Shown here: in pieces, positions 37,877 through 49,854 of the stretch
How the letters are laid out: every line of letters starts with the position of its first letter
Position numbering within the stretch: the first letter of the stretch is position 1
Source: Blepharisma stoltei ATCC 30299
Lineage: Eukaryota > Protista > Ciliophora
Direction: 5' to 3'
DNA length: 64,000 nt
Assembly (NCBI GenBank): GCA_965603825.1
Contig: CBFDEM010000003.1
Coordinates: 434,001-498,000 of the forward strand
The notes under the pieces: generated by a model
Databases searched by the model: none
What the model was told of the DNA's origin: nothing
What the model saw: the letters and a program-made list of their open reading frames with translations, nothing else
Program-made: the position numbers and the translations under genes

Positions 37877-39214
37877 TTAATAAATATTTTCTTCAAATTT
37901 TTCAAGCAGATCTTTTACTTGTGGATCTGATAGTTCTGTTAAGTCTAATTGATCCTTCATTTTATCGAGTTCTCCTCTTTTTATTGTTATTCCTCCTTCC
38001 ACAAATGCTTTTCAGTTATTTAATAAATCAAGCTCCGCTTGATTTGGCTGATGTTTCTCAGCTCTAAAAGTTTCAAGAATTTTTAAATATAACAGTCCTT
38101 GTTTATAGGTTTTTAGCTGTGCTTTTCTTTTCTCGACCTCTACATTTTCCCTGAATCCATCAAATTTTTTAATTGAATATAACTGATTTTTATATTTCTC
38201 ATGGTCATCTTGTATCAGAAATATTTTCTTTTTCAAAGAATTCGGCCTATCAATTTTCATCCTATCCAAAATATCAGCCAGTTTCTGGTTTTCCATCGCT
38301 TTACTCTTATAAAACTTTTTCAAAGTATTATCAAGCGAATTTTCTGGGCTAACATAGTCAGAAAATTCATTTTTCAACAATTTTTCTCTTTTCTGCTCCG
38401 TTGGAAAATATTTTTCCATAATATCTTTTATTTCACGAGTCCTCGAAATCAAGCTTTCTAAATTTTCTTCATCAGCCGAGTTCCACCTTCTCGAAAACTG
38501 CACCCTAAGATTCCTTCCTCTCGTCAGCCTATGTCTAGTTGCTGCAGTTCTTTGCGGTTTCCCTATAAGTTTGCTATCTAAATTGATTTTTAAGCTCGAT
38601 AGCTTGTGTTCTGCTTTATCAATCCTATGAAGAAATTCGCTTTTTCCTGTTTGGAACACATATTCATCACCAATAAATTTTAAATATTCATTAAATGTAG
38701 GAAGACGAATCGGGGGTTCAATTTTCCCATTTGTTAGAGAAACGTAAGGTAAGGGTTTTTCATAGGTTCCTGAGCATAAAGAAGTTTCTTTGTTTTCATT
38801 GAAATCTAATGATAAATGAGTTCTATTTAAAGGGGGACACACTTTTTGGTCAATTAAATCGCTGACTGTTTTTTTGCCTGCTCGATTTTGCTTGAGTCTA
38901 TGATTTGTTTCTTGCAGTGTATAGGATAGTTTTTTCTTAGTTTTAAATACAGGGGTGTCTTCAATTACAACTTCTTTAGGCGTTGCTGTATGAGAAGCAG
39001 CAATTCTTGCAGAGCTTGGAGTGAAGTTTATAGGTTTTTCGTTTTGTTTCATTAAAACAGCTAGCCCTTTGATATCGCCAGATATAGAAATAATTCTTTT
39101 TCTAGCGCGTTCACCAAATTGTCTTGGGGCATTGCCAAAATTTAATTGTTCAAGGCCTACAGCTAGTTCTAAAGTTCGATTTAGTGTGATTCTTAGGTCT
39201 TCTTCAAGGTTCAT
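37877..39214 (-). CDS. Hypothetical protein, 445 aa
   Basis: The 400-aa ORF extends through the TGA at 38014-38012 to TAA at 37879-37877. No domain recognised. Confidence 0.7.
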
Positions 39215-39246
39215 TTTATATATAAAAATAAAAGGATTTTGTTAAA

Positions 39247-41142
39247 ATGATGAAAGCTGCTTTTCTTTGCAAATACGGCGACATTTCATCAATAAAAATC
39301 CAAGAAGTCCCTATTCCTATCCCAAATAAAGGCCAAGTTCTAATTAAAGTTGAAGCAGCTCCTATACATCCAATGGACCTAGCTTTTATATATGGCTCAC
39401 ATCCCATAATTAAAGCACTCCCTGCAGTCCCTGGTTTTGAAGGATCTGGAACTGTAATAAAAAGTGGCGGTGGGGCTAAAGGTTGATATTTAGATGGAAA
39501 ACGGGTCTGTTTTTGGCAATTTGACGCATCATTGCCAGGCACATGAGCGGAATATGTTTTATGTAGCATAAAATATTGTAGTGTTATACATGATGATCTT
39601 AATTGATACCAAGGAAGCTTAATGATGATTAATCCTTTAACTGCTATGATGATAGCTGAAAAAATTAAAAAAGGCAAGCACTCCTGCTTTATACATAATG
39701 CTGCATCTTCTTCTATTGGAAAAATGATAGTAAAATACTCAAATTATAATAATTTGAAGTGCATAAATATTGTAAGAAATCATGAAGGATTTGATAGTTT
39801 GACAAGAATTGCAGCGGATTTCATTCTTGTATCAAGTGAACCGAACTTTGAAGCGAAATTAAAGTATATGTGCCAGGATCTTAACCCTACGTGTGCATTT
39901 GATCCTATTGGAGGAAGCTTTACAGGGAAAATACTAAGTTTACTAGAAGACGGAGGAGAATTATATATGTATGGAAATATGCTAAAAACTGACATTCGAG
40001 AAATTCCGTATGAAGAAATCGTTTTTAATGGCAAAAAAATAGGAGGACTTTGAGTAAAAGACTGGTTTGAAAAATTAAGCTCAGTGAAAAGGTTCAAAAT
40101 TTTGAAAAAAATCCAGGAAAATAATTTTTTATATAAAACAGAAGTGGCTGGAGTCTTTGATTTTGATAATATTCACGAGACCATTATTCAAGCAGAAAAT
40201 GACCATTATAAAGGGAAATATATAATTGTCCCTAAGTCTTCAGAAAAATCAAATGAAGGTAGAAAATCATCAAGAGAAAGCATAGTTTATATTAAAACTG
40301 ACTATCATTATGAAGAATTTCAAACAGTTGAAGTCACTGAAGAACAAGCTTATAAATATTTATCTTCTGAAGTATTAAAGTTAAAAGAAAAAATCCCTGA
40401 ATTCGTATGAGACTATGAACAAAGGCTCAGCAGCGATATTTCAGACCGTAGCTATGTATTATTACCAGATGAAAATATATACATTGGCCAATGGATGAGA
40501 AATAAACCCCACGGCAAAGGAATTTGTTTCTATAAAAACGGCTCTTTATATGAAGGATACTGAGAATACAAATTCCGGAGCGGAAAAGGCAGACTTATCT
40601 CTGCAAATGGTGACTGGTTTGAAGGGGAATGGAAAGGAGATATAGAAGACGGGTCTGGGACTCTCCATTTTCATGACGGAAGAATCATCAGAGGAACCTT
40701 TTACTCACAAGAAGTCGTAGGAATTGGCATAGAATTTGGAATAAATGGAGAAAGATACGAAGGGACATTTTTAAATAGAAAAAGAGATGGGGAAGGAAAA
40801 CTAATATGGGAAGATGGGACAAAATATGAAGGAAATTTCAAATGCGGGGTCATGAATGAAGAAGGAATGCTGAAATACCCAGATGGCAAAGTATTTGTGG
40901 GGTATTTTAGTGGAAATAGAGCTTTTGGGCTTATGAGCTATCCAGATGGGACGAAGTTTAAAGGAGAAATTGTAGATTTTAAAGAAGAAGGAAGAGGAGT
41001 GTTAATTGATACAGAAGGGAATGCAAAAGAAGGAATTTGAAATAATGGCGCAGTCGATTGGCTTGAAGATCTTTTCAGCGATAATGCTAGCAGCTGCAGC
41101 ACAAAAATTGAAAAAACTGAAGAAGACTTGCCCCATTTTTAA
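39247..41142 (+). CDS. MDR-family (quinone/enoyl reductase-like) oxidoreductase fused to MORN repeats, 631 aa
   Basis: Single frame with TGA=W. MDR motifs QVLIKVEAAPIHPMD, PGFEGSGTV, GT*AEY, INPLTA, NAASSSIGK and FDPIGG; then MORN repeats (YIGQW..NKPHGKG, YEGY*..RSGKG, FEGEWKGD, YEGTF..RDGEG); ends TAA. Confidence 0.85.
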
Positions 41143-41180
41143 TTTTACTTTTTTTAACATTGTAATTGTATTATTTATTT

Positions 41181-42269
41181 TTAAAAAAATGCATCCTCAA
41201 ATTCATAATTTTCTATAGGCTGTACTATAGTTTGGCTATGAGAAATACTATTGATGCATTGTGTATGTAAAATCACTTCTTTGCTTTGGTCAGTCACAAA
41301 TACCTTAGAAGCATCTTTACAGAACCAGGCAGTTTCTTTTGGGATTATTTCAAAGAGCTCTCCACAGAGAGGGCATGATAGCTGGTCAGGGTTGCAAGGC
41401 GCCCATGGATGCTCTACTTCGATTACTTCTTTAGGAGCTTCTTCATCTAGTAAGCCTATATGCAGCCTAGGGTCAATCCATGTATTTGGGATAGGGAGCC
41501 AAGGTTTAAGTGGCTGTTTTTTGGCTCCTTCAGCAAAATGCCAGTCTAGGTGTAGGTCAAGTTCTGAATCTAGCCCAAATCGTAGGCCACATATTAAGCA
41601 TTGCTTAGGCAGTTCATCATATAATTCTGTTATTAAATATCTGTGTATATCTCTTGGATCAACAATAGAAAGTTTCATAGATAATTTTTCAAGCTCAGCC
41701 TTGCTCCTTTCAGAAGCCAATAAGCAAGAATACAATAGCGGCGAACTGTCCTCGATCCCTTGTATTAATAACTCTTGAGGACAATACGAATTCTGTGACA
41801 GTCAGTCCCCAAGTTCTCCTAAATCAAAAAGTCCAGGTCCATCTGGAGAATTTATAGGAGAGGATATTGACGGAGGCGTCGGAGCCATTTTTTCCCTCAT
41901 TTCTTCAAGAACCCTCAAAGGAAACCTTCCTTGTGTTTCCCACACAATGAGCAATTTTTCTATATCTTTTTTGATAAATGTATCTGCAAGCTTAAAACAA
42001 TGGGTAAAAATATTAGCCACCCTATGGCTTAAATAGTCCCTTATTATTGGAACATTAAAGCTTATAGAGTCAATCACATATAGATAAAGCAATTTTCTGA
42101 ATGGCTCTACAGTAGAAAACAGCTTGTACTCGATTTTTTCTACCAGATGGGCGCCTAGACCTTGATAGTCTCTTGCTATAGCCGTCAAACAGTCAATAAT
42201 CCTTTTATCGTTCCTTACAAGTCTGTCAAGAAGTTGGCAAAATTTCCAGATAGGGTCGACTTGGGCCAT
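41181..42269 (-). CDS. PCF11: PCF11-like pre-mRNA cleavage/termination factor, 362 aa
   Basis: N-terminal CID (KLLYLYVIDSI), C2H2 finger CLICGLRF..HLDWHF and C-terminal CPLCGELFE..WF.KDA..HTQC. Two ORFs join in frame across the TGA at 41804-41802. Confidence 0.85.
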
Positions 42270-42336
42270 TTTAATTATAGAGGAAGCATTAACTCTGGAG
42301 CAGCTTAAGGTAAATATTTATAAATGACTAATAAAT

Positions 42337-42921
42337 ATGATAATTCTATTATCTATTTTTCTTCCCCTAACAACTGGAGTATTTTTTGATATCCCAGGAC
42401 ATACAGAAAAATGCTTTAGAGAATTCACAATAGTTGGTTCAGAAGTCCACGGCTCCTATGTTGTTTCTGGCAGAGCAGATTATAATGTAAGGGCTATAGT
42501 AACTAACCCAGATGACGAAATTATATATAAAAGCCCATATCGCTCCAGAGAAGGAAACTTTGTATTTCATTCAGAACGTGGAGGGTATTACAAAGTCTGC
42601 TTTAAATCAATTGATGGGAAGCTTAAAACTGTCAATTTCGAATTTTCTGTTAAAAATAAAGAAAATAATTCAGTCGCAAAACATGATGAGCTGCAGCCAT
42701 TATTGAAAAACTTGAATGAAATGGAAAACAGCCTGGAAAGAGTCAAAAATAATATAAAATTCTACCAGAGAAGAGAAGCTGTCCATAGGGATTTAACTGA
42801 AAATACTTGTGATTGAGTCCTAAGGAGCGCATTTTTGAAATTAGTAGCGTTAGTTTTGATTTCTTCAGTACAAATTTATTTAATAAAGAAATCAATAGGA
42901 GGAAAAGAATTCGTAGTGTAA
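42337..42921 (+). CDS. p24/emp24/gp25L (TMED) cargo receptor, 194 aa
   Basis: Signal peptide, GOLD domain (EKCFRE..GYYKVCF) and coiled coil (QRREAVHRDLTE). Reading through TGA 42814 supplies the TM helix and tail to TAA. Confidence 0.88.
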
Positions 42922-43006
42922 GAGAACTATTAAAAAACAAAAGTTAATTAAATATGTCGTCAAAAATTTAAAAACTCAGAGAGTTTGTTACATTAAAATT
43001 CGGAAA

Positions 43007-44206
43007 ATGGATGAAGCCAATTCTCCTAATGACAATATAAATTCGAACCGTCGTCCTCGAGCTCAGTCTTTTAATCATACTGTTGTGAGTCCTACGAACA
43101 GGAGTGATCGATCTGGGTCAATTAAATCTTCATTAAGGAGCCCGAATAGTTCTCCTTATGCGAAACTCTCCAGTTCAAAAAACCTGATGAATTCTACTCT
43201 TCCAGCGTTCTTGCAAGGAAAGACTGCTCCAAGGATGGACCTGTCAGCTACTTTAACGTCCGTTTCACTGCTTAGATGTATGTCTACTGAGCCTGCTGAT
43301 ATTACCCACATTCGCAAAAACCCAGGGTTTCAAGTAGTAGCTGCTAATAGTCTCAAAGATACAAACTCAGTTTGTTCGAGTCCTGCTAAATTATCTGAGA
43401 TTGAAAATCTTATCCCAGCTACCCTTATTAATCTAAATATCCCTCAATCAAGTTCCTCTATTAATCAGCAGCCAGCCGCTCAGAAAAGGAGAATAATCAG
43501 CCCTGAGGACCATAAAAGACCTGAAAATGTTTCCAGTAAAGAGTATATACTAGCATCTCAGCCTGGATCATTTTTAAATGTAAAAAAAATCCAAATTTCT
43601 AACGAAGAACTTGTAGCAATAAAATCTAAGCAGCCAATTCCCAATAAAATTATTGATGCTTGCATGACGATTTTCAAGCATCATAACCATTATAAGCTGA
43701 AAACTAACCAAATCAGAGAAAAAGTCCTGATTTCGAACACCGAGTTTTCTAACAGAATTTTTAGTAAAACTCATAATCGTATGTATCATGCGAAAAATAA
43801 CCCATTCAATTATGAGTAATTTTTATTTAGTATTTTATTATTCCCTATTCCAGCTGACAATAACTGAACTTTGCTATCATTAAATTTAAAAGAATTTAGA
43901 GTGGAGTATTTCGATCCTCTACAATGCTATAAGCGATCAAGTGAAATCCAAGCTTTAGTTTATCGATTTTTAAAGCATGAGCTAAAGCATCATCAGAATA
44001 AAAATATTGAAGACAGTGCATGGCGAGATCTAATATATACCAACAGCAATGAAAATATAAGGCTACTAGAGAAAGATTCCTCAATTTATGTCCTTATGAA
44101 AGCTTATAATATTTCATTAGGAATCAAGGAGACATTTTCACATTTTAATGTGAGTGACCACAGAAGATTTCTGTATGATTTGCTATTAGAATATGGTAAA
44201 CTTTAA
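43007..44206 (+). CDS. Ulp1/SENP (C48)-like protein with one 15-nt intron, 394 aa; catalytic residues apparently lost
   Basis: Splicing 43816-43830 gives YDILLFPIPADNNWTLLSLN..VEYFDPL..DSSIYVL, matching the C48 motif order. Confidence 0.72.
43816..43830 (+). other. 15-nt spliceosomal intron GTAATTTTTATTTAG
   Basis: GT..AG boundaries, with an A six nt from the 3' end. It contains the in-frame TAA that truncates ORF 43007..43819, and removal joins that ORF to ORF 43871..44206. Confidence 0.85.
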
Positions 44207-44213
44207 TAATTTT

Positions 44214-45269
44214 TTAAACTACTGGGTAGCTTGGCTGCATTTGTATTCCACATAGTCCTTTTCCTGCAACTACCCCAATTCTTATATAGCCAGCTTCACC
44301 CCACTGTTCTCCCCACGAATTTTTCACCTTCCAAAATGGTGGATTATTGGCCATATCATATCCAACCACCAAAACTCCATGATCCAGAGCAGTCCCACAG
44401 CTGCTCGTTACAACCCCTCCTGAATAAAATTGCCAAGCAATCTGGTCAGCTTCAACCGCTACACTTACAGGCTGTAAAGAAACTGCTGCTTGTAGATCAT
44501 CTACACTATTAGAGCCTACATCTTTAAATGAAGAAATGGTGGCAGCGACTTGTTTTACCTTCTCTGAGTTACAACGTCCATTTCTGCCTGTATATGGATA
44601 GTTTTCCTCTGTAGTTATTCCATATTTGGCTATATATTTAAATGCATAGTCCATAAGACCTCCATTGCAGCCCATATTCCCATAAGTCCTTGAACAATCT
44701 ACAAGCTCTTGCTCAGAAAAAGGTGTTAGTGTATGTCCTGCTAAAAACCAAGCCCCTTCTACAGACCCTGTTGTAGAAAATGCCCAGCAACTTCCACATT
44801 GGCCTTGATTTTTCACAAGGGTAACAGCGCCAAGAGTAGTCCAATCAATTTGTGTAGGTACTTCAAGTCCTTCAAAATCCTCATAATTTTCCCCATTTTT
44901 AATAGGAAATTTACTTGGGGTGTAAATACTTTTAAATTCAGCAGGCGCCATATCAGCGAATTCGTTTATGCCTAATGTCCAAGTATGCCCTTGAGAATTA
45001 AAAATTCGGATAAAGCCAGAGTTTTCTTGGAAAATTTTAAAACGAGCCTGGTATTCATTTTCTGCAGAATAAATTTTGTTCCATTTAATGATGAAATCTT
45101 GAAATTCCTGCTCTTCTATTTGATATTGGAGGTCTGTAGGGAGTTTTGAAGGGCTATTTAGAAGAGAAAATAAAGAAATTGTGCCGATGATGGCGAGGAC
45201 GGTAAAAATAGCAAAAAATGCTTTTTTCGAGGAATTTGGAGGAGGAGATAATGGGTGAAATCCTTCCAT
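44214..45269 (-). CDS. Papain-family (C1A) cathepsin L-like cysteine protease, 351 aa
   Basis: N-terminal hydrophobic anchor, I29 propeptide (RFKIF, GINEFADM), QGQCGSCWAFS, LDHGVL and KNSWG. Confidence 0.95.
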   Translation of the reverse strand: MEGFHPLSPPPNSSKKAFFAIFTVLAIIGTISLFSLLNSPSKLPTDLQYQIEEQEFQDFIIKWNKIYSAENEYQARFKIFQENSGFIRIFNSQGHTWTLGINEFADMAPAEFKSIYTPSKFPIKNGENYEDFEGLEVPTQIDWTTLGAVTLVKNQGQCGSCWAFSTTGSVEGAWFLAGHTLTPFSEQELVDCSRTYGNMGCNGGLMDYAFKYIAKYGITTEENYPYTGRNGRCNSEKVKQVAATISSFKDVGSNSVDDLQAAVSLQPVSVAVEADQIAWQFYSGGVVTSSCGTALDHGVLVVGYDMANNPPFWKVKNSWGEQWGEAGYIRIGVVAGKGLCGIQMQPSYPVV

Positions 45270-45413
45270 TTTAATTATTTTGAACAGAATTAAAAATGCT
45301 TGGAAATGGTTAAAGCTGGTATGGAGGATATAAATGGTGCGATCAGAATTGGAAAAGTTAGAAAATATTGGAAGAAATTATTTTTTAATTTAAATAATCA
45401 TTATAAATAAACA

Positions 45414-46268
45414 TTAATTATTTTGTGATGAATACTTACTATGCAAAATTATCTCAGCTTGAATAGGATCTGGAGATGGCTCTGCAGCTGTAGGAAGCCG
45501 CATCTCCTTGACTTTCAATGTATCTTTATTTACCATTTTTGACACTATTCTCTTCCTATGGCTTATTGCTGGTTTTTCTTCAATTCTGGCTGAAAAATCA
45601 ATTATTGCAACTTCTTTGATTTTTTCTAAATTTTGATCAGACTCTTTAATCATTTCGCCAATTGACCTTTGTTTTTGTTCAATACTGCTAGTGGTTCCTG
45701 AAGAAAATAATCTTGCCTTGAAAAATCCATTGCTGCCTCTCCTATATATTGGGTTGCGTAAAACTCCGGAATCATCAAATGACTCTTGACTGTCAATTTC
45801 ACGATTATTTTGAGCTAATTTTTGGGATTCAGGAAGTTTTTGAGATGCAATCAGAGATAGCGAGGCATTGTTGGCTTCGGCTTTTTGGTTAGGAGATGAT
45901 AATGAGGTTGATTTTGCATTAGTTTTAAGATTTAGGGATAATTTAATTGGTGAATTGCCGATACTTCTATCTGTAAATGTTAGATTTACTAATTTTACTC
46001 TTTTTGGATGCTTAGGAGTATCTGGATACTTTGGACCAATATATTGATGATCTCTGAAAATAGGCCTTAGGACTGGGTTTTTATTATGTTTAAAGATATC
46101 TTTAAAATTCCCAAAGCTGCTATCAATACTCTGATTTAAAGAATTTTTGGTTTTGTCTAGTGAAATTGTTTTTGATTTATGATGCCTTTTGGATTCAAAT
46201 GATCGGACAGGGAATGAAGGCAAAAAAAGCCTTTCTCTTGCAAATATTGGTTCTCTTAAAAGTTCCAT
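45414..46268 (-). CDS. Hypothetical basic Ser-rich protein (probable start MELLREP)
   Basis: Long uninterrupted ORF ending TAA. Alternative upstream ATG at 46304. Confidence 0.6.
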   Translation of the reverse strand: MELLREPIFARERLFLPSFPVRSFESKRHHKSKTISLDKTKNSLNQSIDSSFGNFKDIFKHNKNPVLRPIFRDHQYIGPKYPDTPKHPKRVKLVNLTFTDRSIGNSPIKLSLNLKTNAKSTSLSSPNQKAEANNASLSLIASQKLPESQKLAQNNREIDSQESFDDSGVLRNPIYRRGSNGFFKARLFSSGTTSSIEQKQRSIGEMIKESDQNLEKIKEVAIIDFSARIEEKPAISHRKRIVSKMVNKDTLKVKEMRLPTAAEPSPDPIQAEIILHSKYSSQNN

Positions 46269-46753
46269 AGTTATTAAACTGTAAAGGATATAATATATTT
46301 GCATTATCTGATAATTTAAAAGAAAATCATATGATTTTACTTTGCAAAATTAGAGATTTATATGATTTTTGTTGATCAACACCAATATAAGTTATTATTA
46401 TATATATAAAAACTTAAAGAGTTTTTTGATTTCTCAGCTACAAATAATATAAAAATAGAATAAATAAAAGATTATATAGCTTTAATAAAATCTGAACTTT
46501 ATTAAATATATATATTAAAAGCCATAAAAATTACAAATAATCTCAATTTCCAATCAAATTTTCTTTCTAAAAACCAAAATATTATCAAAATTCACCAAAA
46601 AAATTTCAAAATATTAATTATAGACATACAAAAGTCTTTTAAAATCGAGTTTTTAATTATAAAAAGTTTCCATATTTTATCGAATTAGTTGTCATTTTTG
46701 TGGAGATCTGCTAGCAATTTAGTGGCTTATAAGATGATGCCGATTAGATACAA

Positions 46754-47059
46754 TTAAGAACTATTTAGGAGTTTATTCTTAATTTTGCTTTCGTCGCGTG
46801 TTTTAAGCAATTCATTTTCGCTCGAGACATAACAAATATTTGCCTTCAGGACGAGATTTTCGCTATAAGCTGCTTGTAATAGCGCTTCGTAATGCTGGAG
46901 GCTTGCTTTGAGATTATGATTGCTTTCGCTCAATTCTGATACGTGCCTTCTTAACTGTTCCGCCTCAAGCTTTTTCTTGAGTCTGCTTCTCATGGCTGCT
47001 GCTTTGTTTTTTTCGAGTCTTTTCCTTTTAATTTCGTCTATTTGTTCTTCTTCTTTCAT
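46754..47059 (-). CDS. Small bZIP transcription factor, 101 aa
   Basis: KRKRLEKNKAAAMRSRLKKK followed by a leucine heptad repeat. Confidence 0.85.
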   Translation of the reverse strand: MKEEEQIDEIKRKRLEKNKAAAMRSRLKKKLEAEQLRRHVSELSESNHNLKASLQHYEALLQAAYSENLVLKANICYVSSENELLKTRDESKIKNKLLNSS

Positions 47060-47461
47060 AATTTATTATAACTTAAGTTGTCGGTTTGATTAAAAAGTCA
47101 CCCATAGGAATAATGATAATAAGCTGCCATAATAAATTCCACGTTTATATTACTAGAAATGGTTATATTCGAATGTGGTAAAAACTACTGAGGATTTTTG
47201 CTGATTTTTAAATAAATCTTCGAGATCTATAAGGATTTTTCGATGAAGATAGGTTTACAGTTATGAAAGTTAAATATAGGATTAAGTAAAAGGGCAATTG
47301 TCCTTTACAGATATTATGGGCAGAATTTAAATTAAATTAAATACTTATAGGATTTAGATAATTATGAAAATAATTATTTCAATTTTTTTCATGATGGCAC
47401 AGATAAGTCATAGAGCCTGATTTATTTTTAATCAACTGTTTCATCTTTAATAATTTTTATA

Positions 47462-48097
47462 ATGAAAATCTCAAAAAATTCAAGAAGTTCATCATCAATT
47501 CTAGTTGAAGTGCCAATTTTGAATTTAAAAACCTTGCCATCTCGCTCTTTCAGCATCAGACAAAATAATTTAAATTGGGTCTCTTCAGGGCGACGGTCAC
47601 TTAATCTTGAAAATTCAAAAATCCACAATGCATCAGTGTCAGAACGATCAGGGCCATCAATTTTCTTAACTAACCCAACACAAATTTCAGGAAAAAATAG
47701 GTACAATTCTCCAATTACACCTCCGACTAACCCAAGCTCTAATTCTAATAGCCCTCAGAACTATTCCAAAGGCTTTGAGCTTGTCTATCACCTTTTTCCT
47801 TTAAAAAATCCTAATTTTTCACAAGTGAGGATCAAGAGAAGACCTACAAAATTAGACTGCAATTTTGAAAAACAAAACGAAGAGTTTTCTAGTATAGGGC
47901 ATCATAGCAATGTTGTTAAAAAAGCTTTGAAAAAGATAACGATAGAGCCAATAATTTCGCCAGGTGCTCCTAAACACGATATTCAGCCTATTGATTTTTC
48001 AAGAAAAATAAAAAGAGTTGATGAAAAAAGTGATATAGAGAAAATCATGGAATCTGTATATCCACTTAAAAGAAGCAAGCATATTTATAATTATTAA
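47462..48097 (+). CDS. Hypothetical basic protein, 211 aa
   Basis: ATG after an AT-rich leader, open to TAA. No domain recognised. Confidence 0.6.
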   Translation: MKISKNSRSSSSILVEVPILNLKTLPSRSFSIRQNNLNWVSSGRRSLNLENSKIHNASVSERSGPSIFLTNPTQISGKNRYNSPITPPTNPSSNSNSPQNYSKGFELVYHLFPLKNPNFSQVRIKRRPTKLDCNFEKQNEEFSSIGHHSNVVKKALKKITIEPIISPGAPKHDIQPIDFSRKIKRVDEKSDIEKIMESVYPLKRSKHIYNY

Positions 48098-48161
48098 CAT
48101 ATTTAATTATAAAATTGCAGATAAAAATAATTTAGAAAAATTTGATTTTTATTTATATGTT

Positions 48162-48611
48162 TTAATTTGCGGTAAGCATTCTTACAAATTCATCAAAATT
48201 TATTTGTCCATCCCCATCTAAGTCAGCTTCTTTAAGCAGATCATTTACTTCTTCATCAGTTAATTTTTCTCCAAGATTAGTCATAGCATATCTTAGTTCT
48301 GAAGCACTTATTAGACCGTTTCCATCCCTATCAAATATTTTAAAAGCTTCCAAAAGTTCACCTTTTGAGTCTTGTCCTTTCATTTGTTTAGCCATAAGAC
48401 CCAAAAACTCGGTAAAATCTATAATTCCATTCTCGTCTGTGTCTATTTCGTTTATCATATCTTGAAGCTCAGTTTCTGTTGGATTCTGTCCTAAGGATCT
48501 CATAACTGTAGATAATTCCAAAATTGAGATGCCCCCATCTCCGTTTTGGTCAAATAATGAAAAAGCGTCTTTAAATTCTGTAATCTGTTGATCGGTAAAA
48601 TTGTGTAACAT
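48162..48611 (-). CDS. Calmodulin-like protein (divergent paralog), 149 aa
   Basis: Four EF hands: [27 protein letters not shown] and DLDGDGQIN. Confidence 0.93.
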   Translation of the reverse strand: MLHNFTDQQITEFKDAFSLFDQNGDGGISILELSTVMRSLGQNPTETELQDMINEIDTDENGIIDFTEFLGLMAKQMKGQDSKGELLEAFKIFDRDGNGLISASELRYAMTNLGEKLTDEEVNDLLKEADLDGDGQINFDEFVRMLTAN

Positions 48612-49375
48612 ATTTTATTATGATATATCAGTTGCAAATTTAAGCATTTTAATGCGACATTTTATGAGACAAAATGGCGATTTTTTTTTAAATTAGCAAA
48701 CCTCAAAATAAAATTATATAGCCAGAGTGACAAATTACATTCAGAGAGTTTAGGCATAAATTTAAGAATTAAGACCTAATAGTTGGACTTTCTCAAAATG
48801 CCCTCATAACTGTGCTTAAGTGCCTTATATTAATTGTTCTGTCACCGTTTTCATAAAATTTTATAAAAACCTCTTTAAGTTTTGCGATCTGTTCTTCAGA
48901 TAATTCTTTTGGCATTGTTATACATAATAGAGTGCTTTGTATTTTATGTATGAAATTGCGACATTTTCCAAAACAATATAGGGTTATTGATTTTCATATG
49001 CTTTTAATAATTTGCTTTATGATCTTTTTTTGTAAGCTATAAATTAAATAAAACACAATCTACTTCTTCAAATTAATTACATTATAGAATTATTGGAAAT
49101 AAAATATCATGAATTATAACTTTAATAAAACCAAGTATCATTAGACAAATCAAAAAAGCATCTATTACACTGGGACTGTGTATAAACCCAGCTTTAGTCA
49201 AAATTTTTGGATAATAATTAAAGATGCTGATGAAGTGAAACTGTTTTATATAAAATGACTTTGTGGCTATGAGAAAATTAAAAAACATTGGAAAGATGCC
49301 AATAAAGCTAAATAACTTGATAATTTTAACTTGATATCTATACCAAAAACATTTAGGCCAATTTAAAGAAATTAT

Positions 49376-49825
49376 TTACTTAGCCATCATCATTCTGACG
49401 AATTCTTCATAGTTGATGTGTCCATCTCCGTCAAGATCAGCTTCTCTAATCATTTCATCGACTTCCTCATCAGTAAGTTTCTCTCCCAAGTTAGTCATGA
49501 CGTGTCTTAACTCAGCAGCACTGATAAGTCCATTTCCGTCTCTATCGAAGACTTTGAAGGCTTCAATAAGCTCTTCTTCAGTGTCTTGATCCTTCATCTT
49601 CCTAGCCATAAGGCTCAAGAACTCAGGGAAGTCAATGGTCCCGTTTCCATCAGCATCAACTTCGTTGATCATATCTTGAAGTTCAGCCTCAGTTGGGTTT
49701 TGTCCAAGAGATCTCATGACAGTGCCGAGTTCTTTTGTTGTGATTGTCCCATCACCGTCTTTGTCAAACAGTGAGAAAGCTTCCTTGAACTCTGCGATCT
49801 GCTCTTCGGTTAGTTGTTCTGCCAT
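49376..49825 (-). CDS. CAM: Calmodulin, 149 aa
   Basis: Canonical [26 protein letters not shown]...[10 protein letters not shown]; start taken at ATG 49825. Confidence 0.97.
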   Translation of the reverse strand: MAEQLTEEQIAEFKEAFSLFDKDGDGTITTKELGTVMRSLGQNPTEAELQDMINEVDADGNGTIDFPEFLSLMARKMKDQDTEEELIEAFKVFDRDGNGLISAAELRHVMTNLGEKLTDEEVDEMIREADLDGDGHINYEEFVRMMMAK

Positions 49826-49854
49826 TTTATAAAAAACACACACCAACGCTTGTA

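Noticed and set aside
18136-41142. Reading TGA-broken ORFs as pseudogenes, selenoproteins or separate small genes
   Set aside because: The TGAs align with TGG/Trp rather than Cys, and frames are preserved without TAA/TAG or frameshifts.
49826-49846. N-terminal extension MVCVFYK on calmodulin
   Set aside because: It comes from a TTG start in the ORF track; canonical calmodulin begins at ATG 49825.
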